Shown here: positions 11,923 through 26,384 of the stretch, piece after piece | Layout of the letters: each line of letters opens with the position of its first letter | How positions within the stretch are numbered: position 1 is the first letter of the stretch | Assembly: GCA_951406725.2 (NCBI GenBank) | Contig: OX597814.1 | Span: 164,176,001-164,240,000, forward strand | Length of the DNA: 64,000 bases | Direction: 5' to 3' | From: Octopus vulgaris | Taxonomy: Eukaryota | Program-made: the position numbers and the translations under genes | The notes under the pieces: model-generated | Database searches by the model: none | Seen by the model: the letters and a program-made list of their open reading frames with translations, nothing else | What the model was told of the DNA's origin: nothing

Positions 11923-14353
11923 TGTAATATGTTGATTATTATTGCTGTGAGGGAAAATAAGATACCCTATAGAGAAATTAACTTCAGATCTATGCAACTG
12001 ATGCACCAAGTTATGAAAGCAATAGAAAGAGTTACAGCTAAAAATAATCTATCAATGATGGTAATGTGGTTGAAACTCAATGGGATATCAAGTCTAATCA
12101 TCTTACTGTCCTAATAATTTTCATAGTAATAGTTATGACGTCCTGATAAGAAAGGAAGCTTTGAAGTAATAATGGAAAAAAATAAGAGTATCTAAGATAT
12201 TTACAAAGAAAGAAATTTTAATAATTTCTTCAAGAATATAACCATTATATTTTGTTTCCGGTTGATAGCTAACTTTGCTCAGACCTCATCTCATCTTTAG
12301 TTGGGGCATTTTCGGACAGACAGGCATTGAGACTTCAAGCATTATGGAGACAGTATGGTGTCCATGGTGTTTTGGTAACTTTGAGTAAATCAAATGCAAT
12401 CATCGCTATTTCTATGTCCACTTTCCATACTAGTATAGGTTGGATGGTTATACAGGATCTAACAAGCTAGGGGACCACTTCTTGCTCTGCTGTCTCACTT
12501 TTGGTATTGTATCTACAGCTGGATGCCTTTTTTAACAACAACAATCACTTTATAGACTGTATTGGGTTCTTTCTTTCATGGCAGCAGCACCAGTGAAGTT
12601 GCTTCATAAATCACAAGACTAAAGACATCCCACTCTTGTCTGAGAGGGAGGACAGAAGATAGAGTGGTTGCTTTATGCAGTGTGATGAGAGATATGATAG
12701 GAGGAGGAGAGACAGATTTGTTGTGGAGGAGAATCAATGGTCACTCTGCAAGAGTGAGGATGGGAAGGCTGGAGTGGTGTCACAAAGAGAAATGTAGTAG
12801 TGATGAGGCACCAGAACAAACATCCAAGGTAACAAGTTCAAGAAGATGAATAGAAGAGAGCATAGAAACAAAAGAAGCAACAGGGATGGTTAAGGTTACA
12901 AGAGAGCAAAACAAGGGTGAGAGATGGATATAAGCATGAGGTGTAGGTAGTCAGATGTATATAAGAAGTAAGTGTAGTAAATAGTGAACAAGGGTAGGGG
13001 TGACCATGTGTAAATGTAGGGGTGGAGATGACAACTGGAAGTAAATCAGGGTAGAAAGAGTGGTAACTAGTAGCACAGAACAGGTGATATGAAACATCCT
13101 GTTAGAACAGGTTCTAACTTTATTTCTTACAACGCCCACAGACAATTTATAAAAGTATTTAAATCTCTAGCTCAAGCAAGCCTCTACCCTATCAGAAATG
13201 TTACAAGACACATCCATTACTTGAACTATATTGAGCAGATTATTTCACATACCTGTCCATAAAGTGTGCAACAGTGTTATTTAGTCCCAGGTCAGTCCCT
13301 GATTCTGCAGACCTGTGATTAAAGTCATTCCATTTAGGATCAGCCCATATTTTTGTATATCAGTGTCTAATGTTTTTTTTTTTAAATTTAGATGTGATTT
13401 GACTGTTATTTTTAACAGGTTGAGCAAAACAGGTCAAATAAGTGAGAAAGAAAAATTTATGCGCATGCATGCAGTTACATTAGAAAGGCTTCCTTGACAC
13501 ACTTTTATTTTCCCCTCCATAATAAATATGAATTACATGCTAAAATAAAAAGAAGATACGGTCATTAACAAATATAGACACTGTCATGTCTCATAAGTTT
13601 GACTTTATTGTTATTAAATAATTGAGTGAGCTTCTACTAAATAAAATGGTGATCCCTTTCTTGTCGCTTTATGGAAAATTTCCTATGTTAAATACTTTTA
13701 GATTTGATCTTAGCTCGTAATTCCTTTCTCAGCCATCATCATCATCCTTTAACATGCTGGCATAGGTCAGATGGTTTGACAGCATATGACAAACATAAGG
13801 ACAGGCTGTTAGATAAAGTTGACATGTGCTGGGTAGCAATAAAAGTAATTTGGGAGAGAGTGTGTTGTGGGTGAAGAAATGGGAGTCCTGAATGTTGACT
13901 TGGAGAGCAGTATACATGCAAGTGTTACAGTTTCTTAACCACTACTCGTATGTTAGGGTGTATTTTTCTATGGGTGAGCTGGTCTTCTGTAGACTACATA
14001 CTGCTAATCATTCCTGCCTCATAATTCAAATTAAAAATATTTTCCAGTAACAAAGATTACAGCAACTCAAGTCATCTGTCCTACATAATATTTCAAACAA
14101 ACAGTTGAAGGTTATTATTTCATTGACTGATGAAGTGAATATGAGATAAAAAGGATCCCACAGTTAACACCCAAGATGTCAGTTCTATAGATTATGTGAT
14201 ACACACATATATGAAAGGTATGTATTGGTGAACTGCTCGAGAAAGAAAATTATGTGAGGAACTTTAATCTTAAATACATAATATTTGTTAGGGAGAGTGT
14301 CTATAGAAAAGATCTATCCCATAGCATTCGTTGGTCCCCCAAAAGAAGTTTAA

Positions 14354-14557
14354 CCCTTTAGCATTTTAACTCTTTTGTTTAACTCTTTTGAATTAATCAT
14401 GCATTATCTTGTAGCTTCAAGATTTTAATGCAATTGTTTACTTTTACAATGACATTGTGTAATAAGTGTTGGTGGTGGGGGAAGATTTGGCTAGTTTGAA
14501 CAAAAAAACACAGGTAAGATATTTAAGCTGAAAATGGCTGATTTAAATGCTAAATGG
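14354..14557. mobile_element. piggyBac-type MITE
   Basis: TTAA flanks; ccctttagcattt / aaatgctaaatgg TIRs; homologous to 3101-3320. Confidence 0.7.
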
Positions 14558-15365
14558 TTAAGGTTATGACTGAAAATTTTACTAATTTCATGTCTAGACA
14601 TATATTGTCAAAAATTAATCAAACATGTTATCAACAGGTAGCAAAATGATATGGCAAGAAGCTAATTTGATTTTTCTATACACAACTATTTACAATTGAA
14701 AATGCAACAATTTTAATTACCGTAGCTGAAATAAGACATACATACACTTCCTACACAATACTGAGTAGCTTTTGAGTGTGTAAGGCAGAGAGAGAGAGAG
14801 AGAGAGAGAGGAGAAGGTAAGGGGTATATATGTGCTTATATAAATTAATTGAAAAAGAAATTGAACGAAAAGATGTTTTGTTGATAAATATTAGATAAAG
14901 ATTGTTTAAAGAAAATCTAACCAACAGCAGAGAAAGTTATGGTACTTAAAATGGCTATAGCTTAAATTTCACAAATAACAGATGTTGTTCCCATAGCATT
15001 TCTGCTGTTGGGGCACCTGAATTTCTTTTACCAATTTTGTCCATTCTTCTCAGCCTTGGGCTACCCATTATAGAATTAAACATTGGTGTAGTTTCTAATC
15101 ATTGGATTTGATAAACCTGATGGTACCTATCTCTCCAGCACATGGGTGCCATTGGTTTTCAAGGAGTTCAACTACTTTTGGCAGGATCTGATTTCCAAGC
15201 TTAATAAAAAAGCAGTTTAGTGACCAACCACTTGATCATGAGCAGTTAGTACTGAATTACATGGACCAGTGGCTGATTTCCATCAGCCTATCGACAGAAG
15301 TGATTCTGATCTGACAAGAATTTAGACCTTAATACATAAAGATGTTTGACAACAATATTAAAGTA

Positions 15366-15579
15366 TGATGGGGTGCTGAAAGTTCCTGACTTTGAGTAAA
15401 AGAAAATACAGGAGGATCAGTTAATTATGATTTTATTCAACATATTCCCCTCTCAGATTCACATACTTATTGCAGCAGTCCTTCAGGTTTTCTAAGCCCT
15501 ATAAAAGTATTCAGAAGGTCGGGCTTCCAACAAGGCCTTTTGTGATACCCTTAAAGCCAGAAACTTTTCAGTACTCTCG
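15366..15579. mobile_element. Mariner-derived MITE
   Basis: Imperfect TIRs ggggtgctgaaagttcctgacttt / aaagccagaaacttttcagtactctc. Confidence 0.6.
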
Positions 15580-16505
15580 CATAAATAATATTCAGTTGGA
15601 AATATAAAAATTTGAAATTATAAAGCAAATATTATTTACAGGCTAATTAAAAATGATCCTTAATCCTTAATTACCAAACGTCAATAGTGTAAACAAGTTA
15701 CCATTTCATATGCCATACAACAAAACAATCACATTATTTTAAAAAGAACAATGATTCTGAACAAGTTCTAAAATACATGCACAGACAAAATAATTCCAAT
15801 TCATTCTGTAAATTGGTTGGCATTAGAAAGGGTAACTATTAAAGAAATCATGCCAAAACTAAAACCTTAGAAGACAGCACAGTTATCTATCTTGCCAGAT
15901 CCTGCTGAGTTAGCCAACCCATGCCAACATGAAATGTAGACGTAAAATTATAAATAGTAAGAAAAACTAAAATGGATAGCAAATAGCAAATCAAAGGTTA
16001 AGATGTTTTATCATTGTGGTTGTTTCAATTAATTTTGAAAATAATGAAGGATTTAGTAAAATAATTGTCATTATTAAGCAGTTGTTGGGAAGTTTTTAAT
16101 TTAGATTGTCGTAGGCGTCGTCGTTTAACGTCCGTTTTCCGTGCTAGCACAAAAAGCTTGTATCATCGAATTAAGGGCCGTTTAAGCCAAGTTATTATCA
16201 GAAGGGTGAATTGATTTCAGGGATGTGTTTGTCAAGTGAGTTGAAGCTGAAGCAATTTTGTGTCTTCTTCAACAACTAAACACAAAGGAGAGAGATGGAG
16301 TGGTCAATTGATGATATAAATCCTGAATTCATATTTAAATGGACAAAATTAAATACAATAAACTAATTACTCCAAATCTATTACTCTTACATCTTGTCAC
16401 CCAATTTTCCTAAATTAACATTTGAACAGAACTAAATAACTTCTCAATAAACAATACCAAATTGAATTTGGCACAGTATAATTTCTGATAAAAATTTTAA
16501 CTTAC

Positions 16506-16722
16506 CATTTCTGAACGCAAGCGTACCAAAGCTAGATTCAATTTACAAAATGAGGAATTCCTCCACTGTTTTTGATCCATATCATTGTCCTCTGGTGAAA
16601 CATCAAAGTGTGAAAGTATTTTTTCTTTACATAAGTTTTCAAGCTTCTCTCTGGGAATTCTTTCACTTTCTTGCTGGTAACTAGTTACATTGTTATTATT
16701 CATGGCATCTGTATCTACAAGT
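16506..16722 (-). CDS. FAM89A: FAM89/LURAP-family protein, coding exon 2 (RLVDTDAMNNNN...KLNLALVRLRSEM)
   Basis: Acceptor tttctag|, donor ATG|gtaag. LNLALVRLRSEM corresponds to the FAM89 LDAALAMLRKEM motif. 217 nt, phase 2 in and phase 0 out. Confidence 0.9.
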
Positions 16723-17059
16723 CTAGAAATACAAAACAATACAAACCAATGTTCACAAAGGCACAAAAAGTTAAGCTAAAAGTCTTTATTTACAAAAATA
16801 TTTTACATGATTGTGAGATTCCACAATGTTTTACCTATTTTCATGTCTCATCTCCTCTATATCCAATGCCAAACTACCGTATGCAATAGTTTGTTGGTAC
16901 CATTAAGGTAGAAGTTCTATTTCAAGGGATCAAAACTGTCAGAATCCTTAGTGGGATAACTAATAAAGGTTCAATTTTCATTTGTTTTGTCTTCTACATC
17001 TTTTTATTATTTGTGTCAATTCCGGGTTTCGGCATCCGGAGGCTGCCACGAAACATTTA

Positions 17060-17400
17060 ACTCTACCTGTCTAACACCCGTGGACATGTTTACAAAGTAA
17101 AAAAACAGCACAGCTCTCATGACTTTCGGAAACATTTTTTCACACTAAGAGTATGGAACAAACTGCCGACATCAGTTGTTAGTTGTCCGAGCACTGCATC
17201 CTTCAAAACTTCCATGCTTCCTGAGATTTGCCAACACTACACCTGATTTTCTCCCCTCCGTACACACACAAGCATGTATCTGACTCATACACTGTTCACT
17301 TCCCAGACATTTGTGCACTACTGCATATGCTTTATATGCACTTTTGACAAGTTGTGGTGCACCTGAGCACTGTATACAATAATTTCATTATTATTATTAT
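17060..17400 (+). mobile_element. 3' end of the same LINE subfamily as 8637-9033
   Basis: Near-identical to 8686-9033 including 3'UTR and (ATT)n tail. Confidence 0.85.
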
Positions 17401-18802
17401 GATTGCTAATATACAGAGCCAAGTTTTCTTACCCCCACTCTCTCTGTGCTTGTTTGTTTCATAAATGCTTTGCAAGGATTTAAACCGGGGATGTGTTAAA
17501 TATTGCTTAAAAGGACACTATATTTCCACCATCAACATTTACAGGTCCATTTATCCATGGAGTGGGAGTATCAGTTGTACAATATAATACAACTCATTAT
17601 TTCTGTATGAGGCTTAAGACCTCACCTTAGTATGTCTTCCACGGTATTCCTTCTCTTCAAGCAGATACCCTTTACTGGCATTTTCCATTTATATGTCTAT
17701 ACAAGAACATTCATCTCTTCAAAAGATATTAACCTATGCTTTTAATGTCTAGTTCCTAACTTAATGTACCTACCTTTCTGATGCAAATTAATTTTACATA
17801 TATAATTTCACCTGTTTCATATCTGACCAGCTTCTACACGTCTTCAATTACATAGCATCAAACTTTTAACACCTACTTTATAGTCTAGCTTTTCTTATCA
17901 TTAGTAGTTCACTGAACTTCTACTGTTTTAGCTTTTTCCAACACAAATTAGATCCCCTAGAGAGCAGCAACTATCAACTCTAACAAGTGAGCTAAGTACT
18001 CCTGTACAAGAAGTTATAATTCTTTCAGTTTGCCAGAGATTCACTGAATCTGTTGTATAATCATAACCATATAAATTAACTACCTACTCACTTTCTATAT
18101 ATCAATTAAGGTCACTTGTTAGAAGATGCTGAGATTTGTGCTGTGACTAACAAACTATTTGTCAATTAATTATTTAATCCTTTGGAATCAACCAAAATGC
18201 TGATTTTGGCTGATTTTAAGGAATTAATCAGTTTGTTTAATCCTTTGTTAGTCAGGTTAGTCATCTTTAGACATCACCAACAAATTCTGCAATAGAACCC
18301 AGGTCATCAGCATCTGAAAGTTCCTAAGGACAGAAGTCTGGCAAACATCTACCTGAATATTAAATCCCATATTGAATTCACTAACAGTCCTATTTTGAAA
18401 ACAATATGGTTTTTATCCCTTAGTGACCTCCAAACTAGAATGTGTCAGCTTGCTCATGTGAATAATTTTTTAGCTAAGAACTTCTCTGACAAAAACCTTA
18501 TTGATTGATTGATTGATGATTGATTGATTGATTGATTGAGAGAGAGAGAGAGAGAGAGAGAAGCTGAATTGAAAAGTAACTAGTGGTGGCCCATACACAA
18601 AGGTCAAACAGCAACAAAAATCAGAAGTTGCTTTCAAATTGTGTCAGTGACCAGGTTGCAAAAGAACAGCAAAAATTTCAACATCACAGGATGTGAGTAA
18701 AAGAATATTTTCTTATATTGGTATACAGTCATAAAATTTGTATGAGAAGGCCATTAATTGAATCAACCCCAGGACAAGCCTGCTACTTTATTGATTTTCA
18801 AT

Positions 18803-19100
18803 AAAGGGTAAAGTGTAAAGACCCCTTTCGGTCATGAATGACCATGAGATTGCACCTAGAAAGTTCCCCATGCATACCAGCCTCCTCTCTACATGCCACT
18901 GATGTTATCCAAGGAAAAGGCAAAGGCCACTGCAGCTCGGCACCAGTGATGTCGCAAATCATTTCCACAGCTGTGTGAACTGGAGCAATGCGAAATAAAG
19001 TGTCTTGCTCAAGAACACAACACACAGCTTGGTCTGGGAATCAAACTCATTACCTCATGACTGTGAGCCTGATGCTCTAATCACTGAGCCATGTGCCTTC
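18803..19100 (-). mobile_element. tRNA-derived SINE family D
   Basis: Homologous to 32205-32540; head similar to 39813-39920. Confidence 0.7.
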
Positions 19101-19507
19101 ATTAATCTTCAATAACACTGACAAAAACATGATGAAATTGAACTGAGAGAGAAACTACCCAAGACCTTAACTGAACCTCATAAACCTCCTTTAAAAATAT
19201 ACCAATCAAATCCTACATAGTTATGAAGAGTAGAAAAAACAGGAGCTATAACAGATTTAGCTAGCTTAAAAAATATTGATAACAAAGTAAACAAATGCTA
19301 TTGAGGTTGTAATATATGAGAACGTAAAGGTTTTAAGGCAACTGACTATGTAAGTGTAGGATAGAAGAGAAGCAAGTTAAACTAAAAGTTCAAATATTTA
19401 TGTTAGCTACAGATTGTAAAGTTGATAGCTAAAGGCTTGCAAATACAGGAATGCTTAGAGATGAATTGAGCTACTAAGTATTAGAAAATTTTTTTTTCTT
19501 TCTTCAT

Positions 19508-20300
19508 AGGCGCAGGAGTGACTGTGTGGTAAGTAGCTTGCTAACCAACCACATGGTTCCGGGTTCAGTCCCACTGCGCGGTATCTTGGGCAAGTGTCTT
19601 CTGCTATAGCCCCGGGCTGACCAATGCCTTGTGAGTGGATTTGGTAGACGGAAACTGAAAGAAGCCTGTCATATATATGTGTATATATATGTGTGTGTGT
19701 GTGTTTGTGTATCTGTGTTTGTCCCCCTAGCATTGCTTGACAACCAATGCTGGTGTGTTTACGTCCCCGTCACTTAGCGGTTCGGCAAAAGAGACCGATA
19801 GAATAAGTACTGGGCTTACAAAGAATAAGTTCGGGGGTCGATTTGCTCAACTAAAGGCGGTGCTCCAGCATGGCCGCAGTCAAATGACTGAAACAAGTAA
19901 AAGAGTAAAAGAGTGAATATAGGCACAGACGTGGCTCTATGGTAAGAAGCCTGCTTCCTTACCACATGGTTCCAGGTTCAGCCCCACTGCAGGGCACCTT
20001 TGGCAAATGTTTTTCACTATAGCCTTGGGCTGACCAAAGCCTTGTGAGTAGATTTGGTAAATGGAAACTGAAAGAAGCTCTTCTGTGTGTGTATGTTCTT
20101 GTGTCTGTCTGTTCACTCATCACCACTTGACAATCAATGTTGGTGTACTTACATCCCCGCAAATTAGCGGTTCAGCAAAAGAGACCAATAGAATAAGTAC
20201 TAGGCTTTAAGAAATAAGCCCTGAGGTCGATTTGTCCAACTAAAACCCTTCAAGGTTGTTCTCCAGCATGGCCACAGTCAAATGACTGAAACAAGTAAAA

Positions 20301-20303
<3 letters not shown>
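19508..20303 (+). mobile_element. Two tandem family A SINEs (19508-19915 and 19920-20303)
   Basis: ggcgcaggagtgactgtgtggtaag...ggttcagtccc head and caaatgactgaaacaagtaaaagag tail, present twice. Confidence 0.88.
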
Positions 20304-20343
<40 letters not shown>

Positions 20344-22296
20344 AAAAAAGAATTCTAAGCAAAGTTCAAAGCAAAGGGTTACAGGAAAGGAAGTAAGGGC
20401 ATTAATATTACAAAAATTATACCTACATATTTAAGACAGTAAACACAGTAGTAAAATAATGGATAAAAGATTTCAATACAATAAAATAGTAATAAAAAAA
20501 ACTGCAAGTAATATGACATATGAAATAACAATATGGGTGTTAGTAAAATCTAATAAAATGAGATGGTAATAAAGAACCAATAAAAATATTAAGATAAAAG
20601 AAACTGTCAACATTAGACAGAGTACTTGTTGACCCTGAATTCAAAGAGATCAAGATAATATTTTGTAGAAAAACAATGGGAATATAGTTTATTCCTCAAT
20701 TCAGCTCTACTTAAATATCTCCCTCTCTCTCTCTCTCTTTCGGAGAGGCACTGAGCAGCTATACGCACACATACACACACGGCAGTAACTTCCACCTACA
20801 GAATTCAATCACAAAGCTTCGATCGACTCAGGGCTATAGTGGAAGACACCTGCCCAAAGTGCCACGCAGAGGGACTGAACCCGAAACCATGTAGCTAAGA
20901 AGCAAGCTCCCTAACTACACAGTCATGCCCACGCCTACAATATCATAAATAATAATTTAGAGCAAAAACAAAAAACAACATTTTAAGTCACTTATTATCT
21001 GACAATACATGACTTGTACACAAAGACAACACAATTTATAAGAAAAACAAAAAAAAAGGGATTTGGAATCAAGCAGTAAAAGATTGGTGGGGAGTAACAA
21101 GTTGTACTAAACAGCATGTTCAGCTATGCCTTGCAAAGGCACTACCACAGAGAATGGCCAGCAACACCACCTTGCAGGGCTCATTTCTCAGACAGGCTGC
21201 TGTTATCCTGATTTTATGAAGGAAATCAACAGTGCTGGGTCTGAGAACACCTAAGGTCTCTAATAGATGGAACTTGCAGCATTCCCATGAGATATCCAAG
21301 CACTATGGATGCTTTGGAAAAATGGCTATTTTCCATCATTACTTCTATCAAAAATGTTCTGATGCAATTCATTTCTTGGTCTGGGTATTTCTTACCAGAA
21401 CTTGGCTTTCTAAATTTTAGCAAATTGCATCCATGATGCTTGGATATCTCATGGGAATGTTTAAGACTACCTTTTGGATGTCTTTAGCAGACCAGGCTCC
21501 CAGTAAAAACTTATTATGATCTTATAATAAGCCATTTATATTTCTATAGATACCAAAGAATACTGAGCTGCTGGACAATTTTCCCCTTTAAAATAAATGC
21601 CAAATTATGTTTAAGCATTTTTCCAACAAAATAGTGGTTTGATTAGAGAAAAATCATTATCATCATTTAATGTTCATCTTCAATGCTGGTATGGGTAGGG
21701 GAATTCAACAGGCTCCAATGAGCTGGAGAATTGTGTCAGCTGCAATATCTGCTTTTGCATGGTTTCTATGGTTGGATGTCCTTCCAAATACTACCACTTT
21801 ACAGAGTGTACTGAGTGCTTTTTTGTGGCACAGGCACTAGTGAGGTTGCTAAGTAATTTGCAGGACAAAAAAAAAAAAATTAAACCTTGACTAAGTGGGC
21901 ATGTGGTAGATGAGATGGTTTTATGCCAAACCTGGCTTGGTTGAATGCTTTGTTGTGAGGTTACATTGTTAGACTTTCAGAACTGTTTCTGGTAAAGGCC
22001 CACAATTTATAAGCAGTTGGTTTCAAGAAATTTCTCAGAAATGAATACGACATCAAAGGGTTACACTCACCATCCCTAAACAAGTGTTCAACTAGAAAGA
22101 TCCAACAGAATCACTTATAAAATAATCAAGTCATCAACTGAGAAAGGCTAACAATGGACAAAAGAAATTCAGAATGTTTTCGCTATTCAAGAACATTCTT
22201 CATTCATGAAAGACAGCCCCATCTGTTCTATTCTTAATTAGTCTGTTACATGATATGCTTCCATATAATGAAATCCTTATGAGAGAGAAAAAGATG

Positions 22297-22300
<4 letters not shown>

Positions 22301-22385
<85 letters not shown>
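22301..22385. repeat. (GA)n microsatellite
   Basis: Direct reading. Confidence 0.97.
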
Positions 22386-22386
<1 letters not shown>

Positions 22387-22819
22387 ACAGATAGTAACGA
22401 TAATAAAGCAAAATACTATGTTGATTGTAAAACCAGGAGCTCAGAAACATACACAGGTGATATGGTTACATTAACAAGAGGAAGGGTGGATTGATTTGGG
22501 ACATACCTCTTGATGAATTAAAAATATTCACACACACACTACATTGATTGTTAAGTTTGTAACACAAGGAAATACAAGATGTCCTGCTAGTACGGGTTCT
22601 ACCAAAAACTTGAACATCAATAGAGTTTACTAAATGATTCAACCAATGAAAATGACAACAAGCATGACAAGGTGTTGCAAGCAGTAAACATGGCCAGGAA
22701 TCAAAGACTACATATGTCTACAAGTAATCAGATAGTCTTTAATGTGAATGCAATTGTAAATTATGAAAATTTAGGAAAGATATGCTATCAATATGTTATT
22801 AATATTAATACATGCTATT

Positions 22820-23025
22820 AAGGCAATGAGTTGGCAGAGTCAATAGAATGCTGGACAGAATGCTTATTAGCATTTCGTCTGTCTTTACATTCTGAGTTCA
22901 AATTTCACTAAGGTTGACTTTGCCTTTCATCCCTTTGGGTTTGATAAAATAAGTATCACTGGGGTTGATGTAATCAATTTAGCTCCTTCATTGAACTTGC
23001 TGGCCTTGAGCCAAAATTTGAAACC
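22820..23025 (+). mobile_element. SINE family B
   Basis: gagttggcaga...ttctgagttcaaat...gactttgcctttcatcc; homologous to 44630-44862. Confidence 0.7.
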
Positions 23026-23039
23026 AACATGCTATTAAT

Positions 23040-23655
23040 CATCATTATTTAACATCTGTTTTCCATGCTGGCATGGGTTGGACAGTTTGACTGAGGTCAG
23101 GAGAGCCAACGGCTGCACCAGGCCCCAATCTGATCTGGCAATGTTTCTACAGCTGGATGCCTTTCCTAATGCCAACCACTCTGAGAGTGTAGTGGGTGCT
23201 TTTTACGTGCCACTGGCACAGGAGCCAGTCAGGTGGGCCTGGCGTCGATCATGTTCAGATAGTGAATTTATGTGCCACCAGCATGGGGGCCAGTCAAGGG
23301 GTATTGGCCTCTGCCACGTTCAGTTTGCTGCTTTTTATGTGCCACCGGTATGGGAGCTAGTCAGATGAACCTGGCATCAACCACATTTGGATGGTGCTTT
23401 TTACGTGCCACCAGCATGGGAGCCAGTCAAGGGGCACTGGCCACAGCTATGATATTGGTTTTACTTGACTTAACAGGTCTTCTCAAGCATATCATATCAC
23501 ATGATACATCAGGTGTACTCTTAACTGGGCTGGACATGCATGGCTGAGATCTCACTTTAGTTGCCAGGTCTTCTCAATTACAGCATATCTCCAAAGGTCT
23601 CCGTCTCTTGTCATTGCCTTTGTGAAGCCCAATGTTCGAAGGTCATGCTTCACCA
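23040..23655 (-). mobile_element. RTE 3' end/tail repeat
   Basis: Same family as 7366-7665, with repeated ggtgctttttacgtgccacc units. Confidence 0.75.
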
Positions 23656-24121
23656 CATATTAATATATATTAATATATGCTATTAATATTAATATGGTAG
23701 TTTAACACACTTCCCTTGATTTACATGCTTATTATATTATCTGATTCAACCTGGTGGTTAAAAGATTATTACTACTTAATATGGCTGTTAAATCTATGAA
23801 CAGAGTTTGGTTATTGAGCATGGCAGATATATTGACGAATCTCAGGTGAGTGGTTCTTTGATTTAGCTATTTCCAGCCAATCAAATCACTTCTTTTAGGT
23901 TCAAGTCACATCTACAGACAGACATGTTCTTTTTAAGTGACTTTGAGCAGTGAACAGTTGCTATTTTCAGTTGGCACCTAAAACTTACATAGAAAAGAAT
24001 CTAGCCATTTTTAAATACACATACAGGCATGTTAGTTAACAGAGCATAGATGCCTCACTGCTGTCAGACATTTTGTTAGTCAGTGGCCAATCAAGACACT
24101 AGCCGTTCAATCTTATCAGTA

Positions 24122-24356
24122 TTTATTTCTTTACTACCTACAAGGGGCTAAACACAGAGGGGACAAACAAGGACACATGAATGGATTAAGTCGATTAGAT
24201 CGACCCCAGTGCGTAACTAGTACTTAATTTATCCACCCTGAAAAGATGAAAGGCAAAGTCGACTTCGGCAGAATTTGAACTCAGAACGTAACGGCAGACG
24301 AAATACGGCTACGCATTTCGCCCAGCGTGCTAACGTTTCTGCCAGCTTGCCGCCTT
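24122..24356 (-). mobile_element. SINE family B
   Basis: Reverse complement of 44630-44862; flanked by a direct repeat (tcaatcttatcagtatt) at about 24107-24123 and 24356-24372, resembling a TSD. Confidence 0.85.
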
Positions 24357-24721
24357 CAATCTTATCAGTATTGATACTAGATGCTATAGCAGTTGTCTTC
24401 AGAACTACACCTTATATCTTCTTTGAGTTTGGAAATATCAATGTTATCCAAAAACTGACCACATGACAAGCAGCAGGAGTCCAATGAATCAACTCAAATG
24501 TCGAATGACAGTTCCTTTCAAAATCAAATGCACAAATAACTCAAGAAGCATTTCACAAAATAAATGACAAGGTATTTCCGGCTCTTTAATTAAAAACATT
24601 TCAATTATTCTTCTCATACTGGTTCAACTACTATTTGATTCTCACGTCCCATTATTTCACAGCTATAACAGTTATGTATTGTGTATTTGTTTACAAATGC
24701 ATTATGTTAAAATGTAAACAA

Positions 24722-24910
24722 AGGTGCAGGAGTGGCTGTGAGGTAAGAACCTTGCTTCCCAACCATATAGTTCCCAGCTGAGTTCCACTGTGTGACACCT
24801 TGAGCAAGTGTCTTCTACTGTAGCTTCGGGTTAACCAAAACCTTGTGAGTAGATTTAGTAGATGGAAACTGAAAGATGCCCATTGTATATATACATACAT
24901 ATACATACAT

Positions 24911-24949
<39 letters not shown>

Positions 24950-25120
24950 TTGATAATCGATGTTGGTGGGTTTATGTCCCATAACTTAGTTGTTCGACAA
25001 AAGAGACTGATAAAATAAGTACTAGGCTTACAAAGAATAAGTCTTGGGGTCGATTTCTTCGACTAAAGGTGGTGCTGCAGCATGGCCACAGTCAAATGAC
25101 TGAAACAAGTAAAAGAATAA
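24722..25120 (+). mobile_element. SINE family A
   Basis: Full head, microsatellite and tail as at 19508. Confidence 0.85.
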
Positions 25121-26164
25121 AACTTACTGCCCATTGTCTATTTTGTACACAGACACATTTCTGTCGTGTATCAATAAGCTTGTGTATTCTGTATTTCACA
25201 TGCCAGCATATCTTCATTCTCAGTCAAATGTATTTAAATATTTTAGTACTACTTGACTCTTGTCTGAGGTGTTGTTCAATCAGAAATCCCTTCTGTTATA
25301 TATTTATTACATACTAGTGGAATCCATTTAATATTCAGAAGTTTCTATTCTATTTAAATATAATCATTACTCAGTAAAAAAAACACTCTAACTACCCTTG
25401 TTTTAAAGTTAATATTTGCATTTCTACAAGGCAGCTGTAACAGTGGAGTCAGATTTCACAAGGCTAGCTACTTTCATAAATGTCACCATTATTACATGCT
25501 CAATCATTAAAATTCTACAAGAGCATCAAGAGGTAAAAGACCTTTTGCAATCATGACTGTTTTGGATAAATATAGTGGTGAGATAATGTTGAACTTTGAA
25601 AAAGCACTTTAAAGGGATCTATTACGTAGGGGTCCCTTAAATCAACTATCTTTCAATTTATATCGAATCAACATATCCATATGGTAATATTTGATATACA
25701 AGAGGGAGTGTAGGCGGTCAATAAAATTTTCAAAAATTTAAATGTCTACAAATATCATTGACAAAATCCCAAAGAAGTGTAAACACCAGCACTCACAGTT
25801 TAATAAGTCACTAAGAGAAGGAAATCTTCCATTAGAATGTAAAATTAGAACTGTGACAGTTAATTTATAAGAAATTGGAGACATAAAGAGAGAGACTAGT
25901 AATTACAAACAAGTGTCATTAATGTCACAAGTAGCCAAGATACTCAAAACTATCGTAAAAGAAAAGATGACAAGCATGATAAGCTTTCTCATCAAGAATA
26001 ACTGTCTGACATTTGTATCTGGAAGGAAATCCACAAATCTGTTGGAAACATTGGAAGGCTTAACACAGACATACAATGACAGTAAAAGATTCAATACAGT
26101 TTATAGAAATCACACAGAACTGATATTCAAAGAAATGTCTTGACATGGATTGAAGATTTCTTAA

Positions 26165-26384
26165 CCCTTTCGTTACTGTATTTATTTTGAGATGCTCTGT
26201 GTTTCCTTCAATTACTTTAAATATGACAAAGAATTTAGTAAAATAACTTAGTTATCATTCAGCTAGAGTTAGGAACATAAATTGTGACTAAGATTTGGTG
26301 GAAGATTTTAATTCAAAACTTATGAAAACAAGACGTTTGTACTCAGAGCCAGAGCCGGTTTCAGCTGGGTTGGTAACGAAAGGG
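26165..26384. mobile_element. piggyBac-type MITE
   Basis: TTAA|ccctttcgttac ... gtaacgaaaggg|TTAA, perfect 12-bp TIR. Confidence 0.88.

Noticed and set aside
14120-14150. Other CTGATGA occurrences (e.g. 14127, 36030, 54757) as hammerheads
   Set aside because: No stem II followed by GAAA and no stem I pairing.
22200-22494. ORFs with (ER)n or (SL)n
   Set aside because: Translations of a (GA)n microsatellite.
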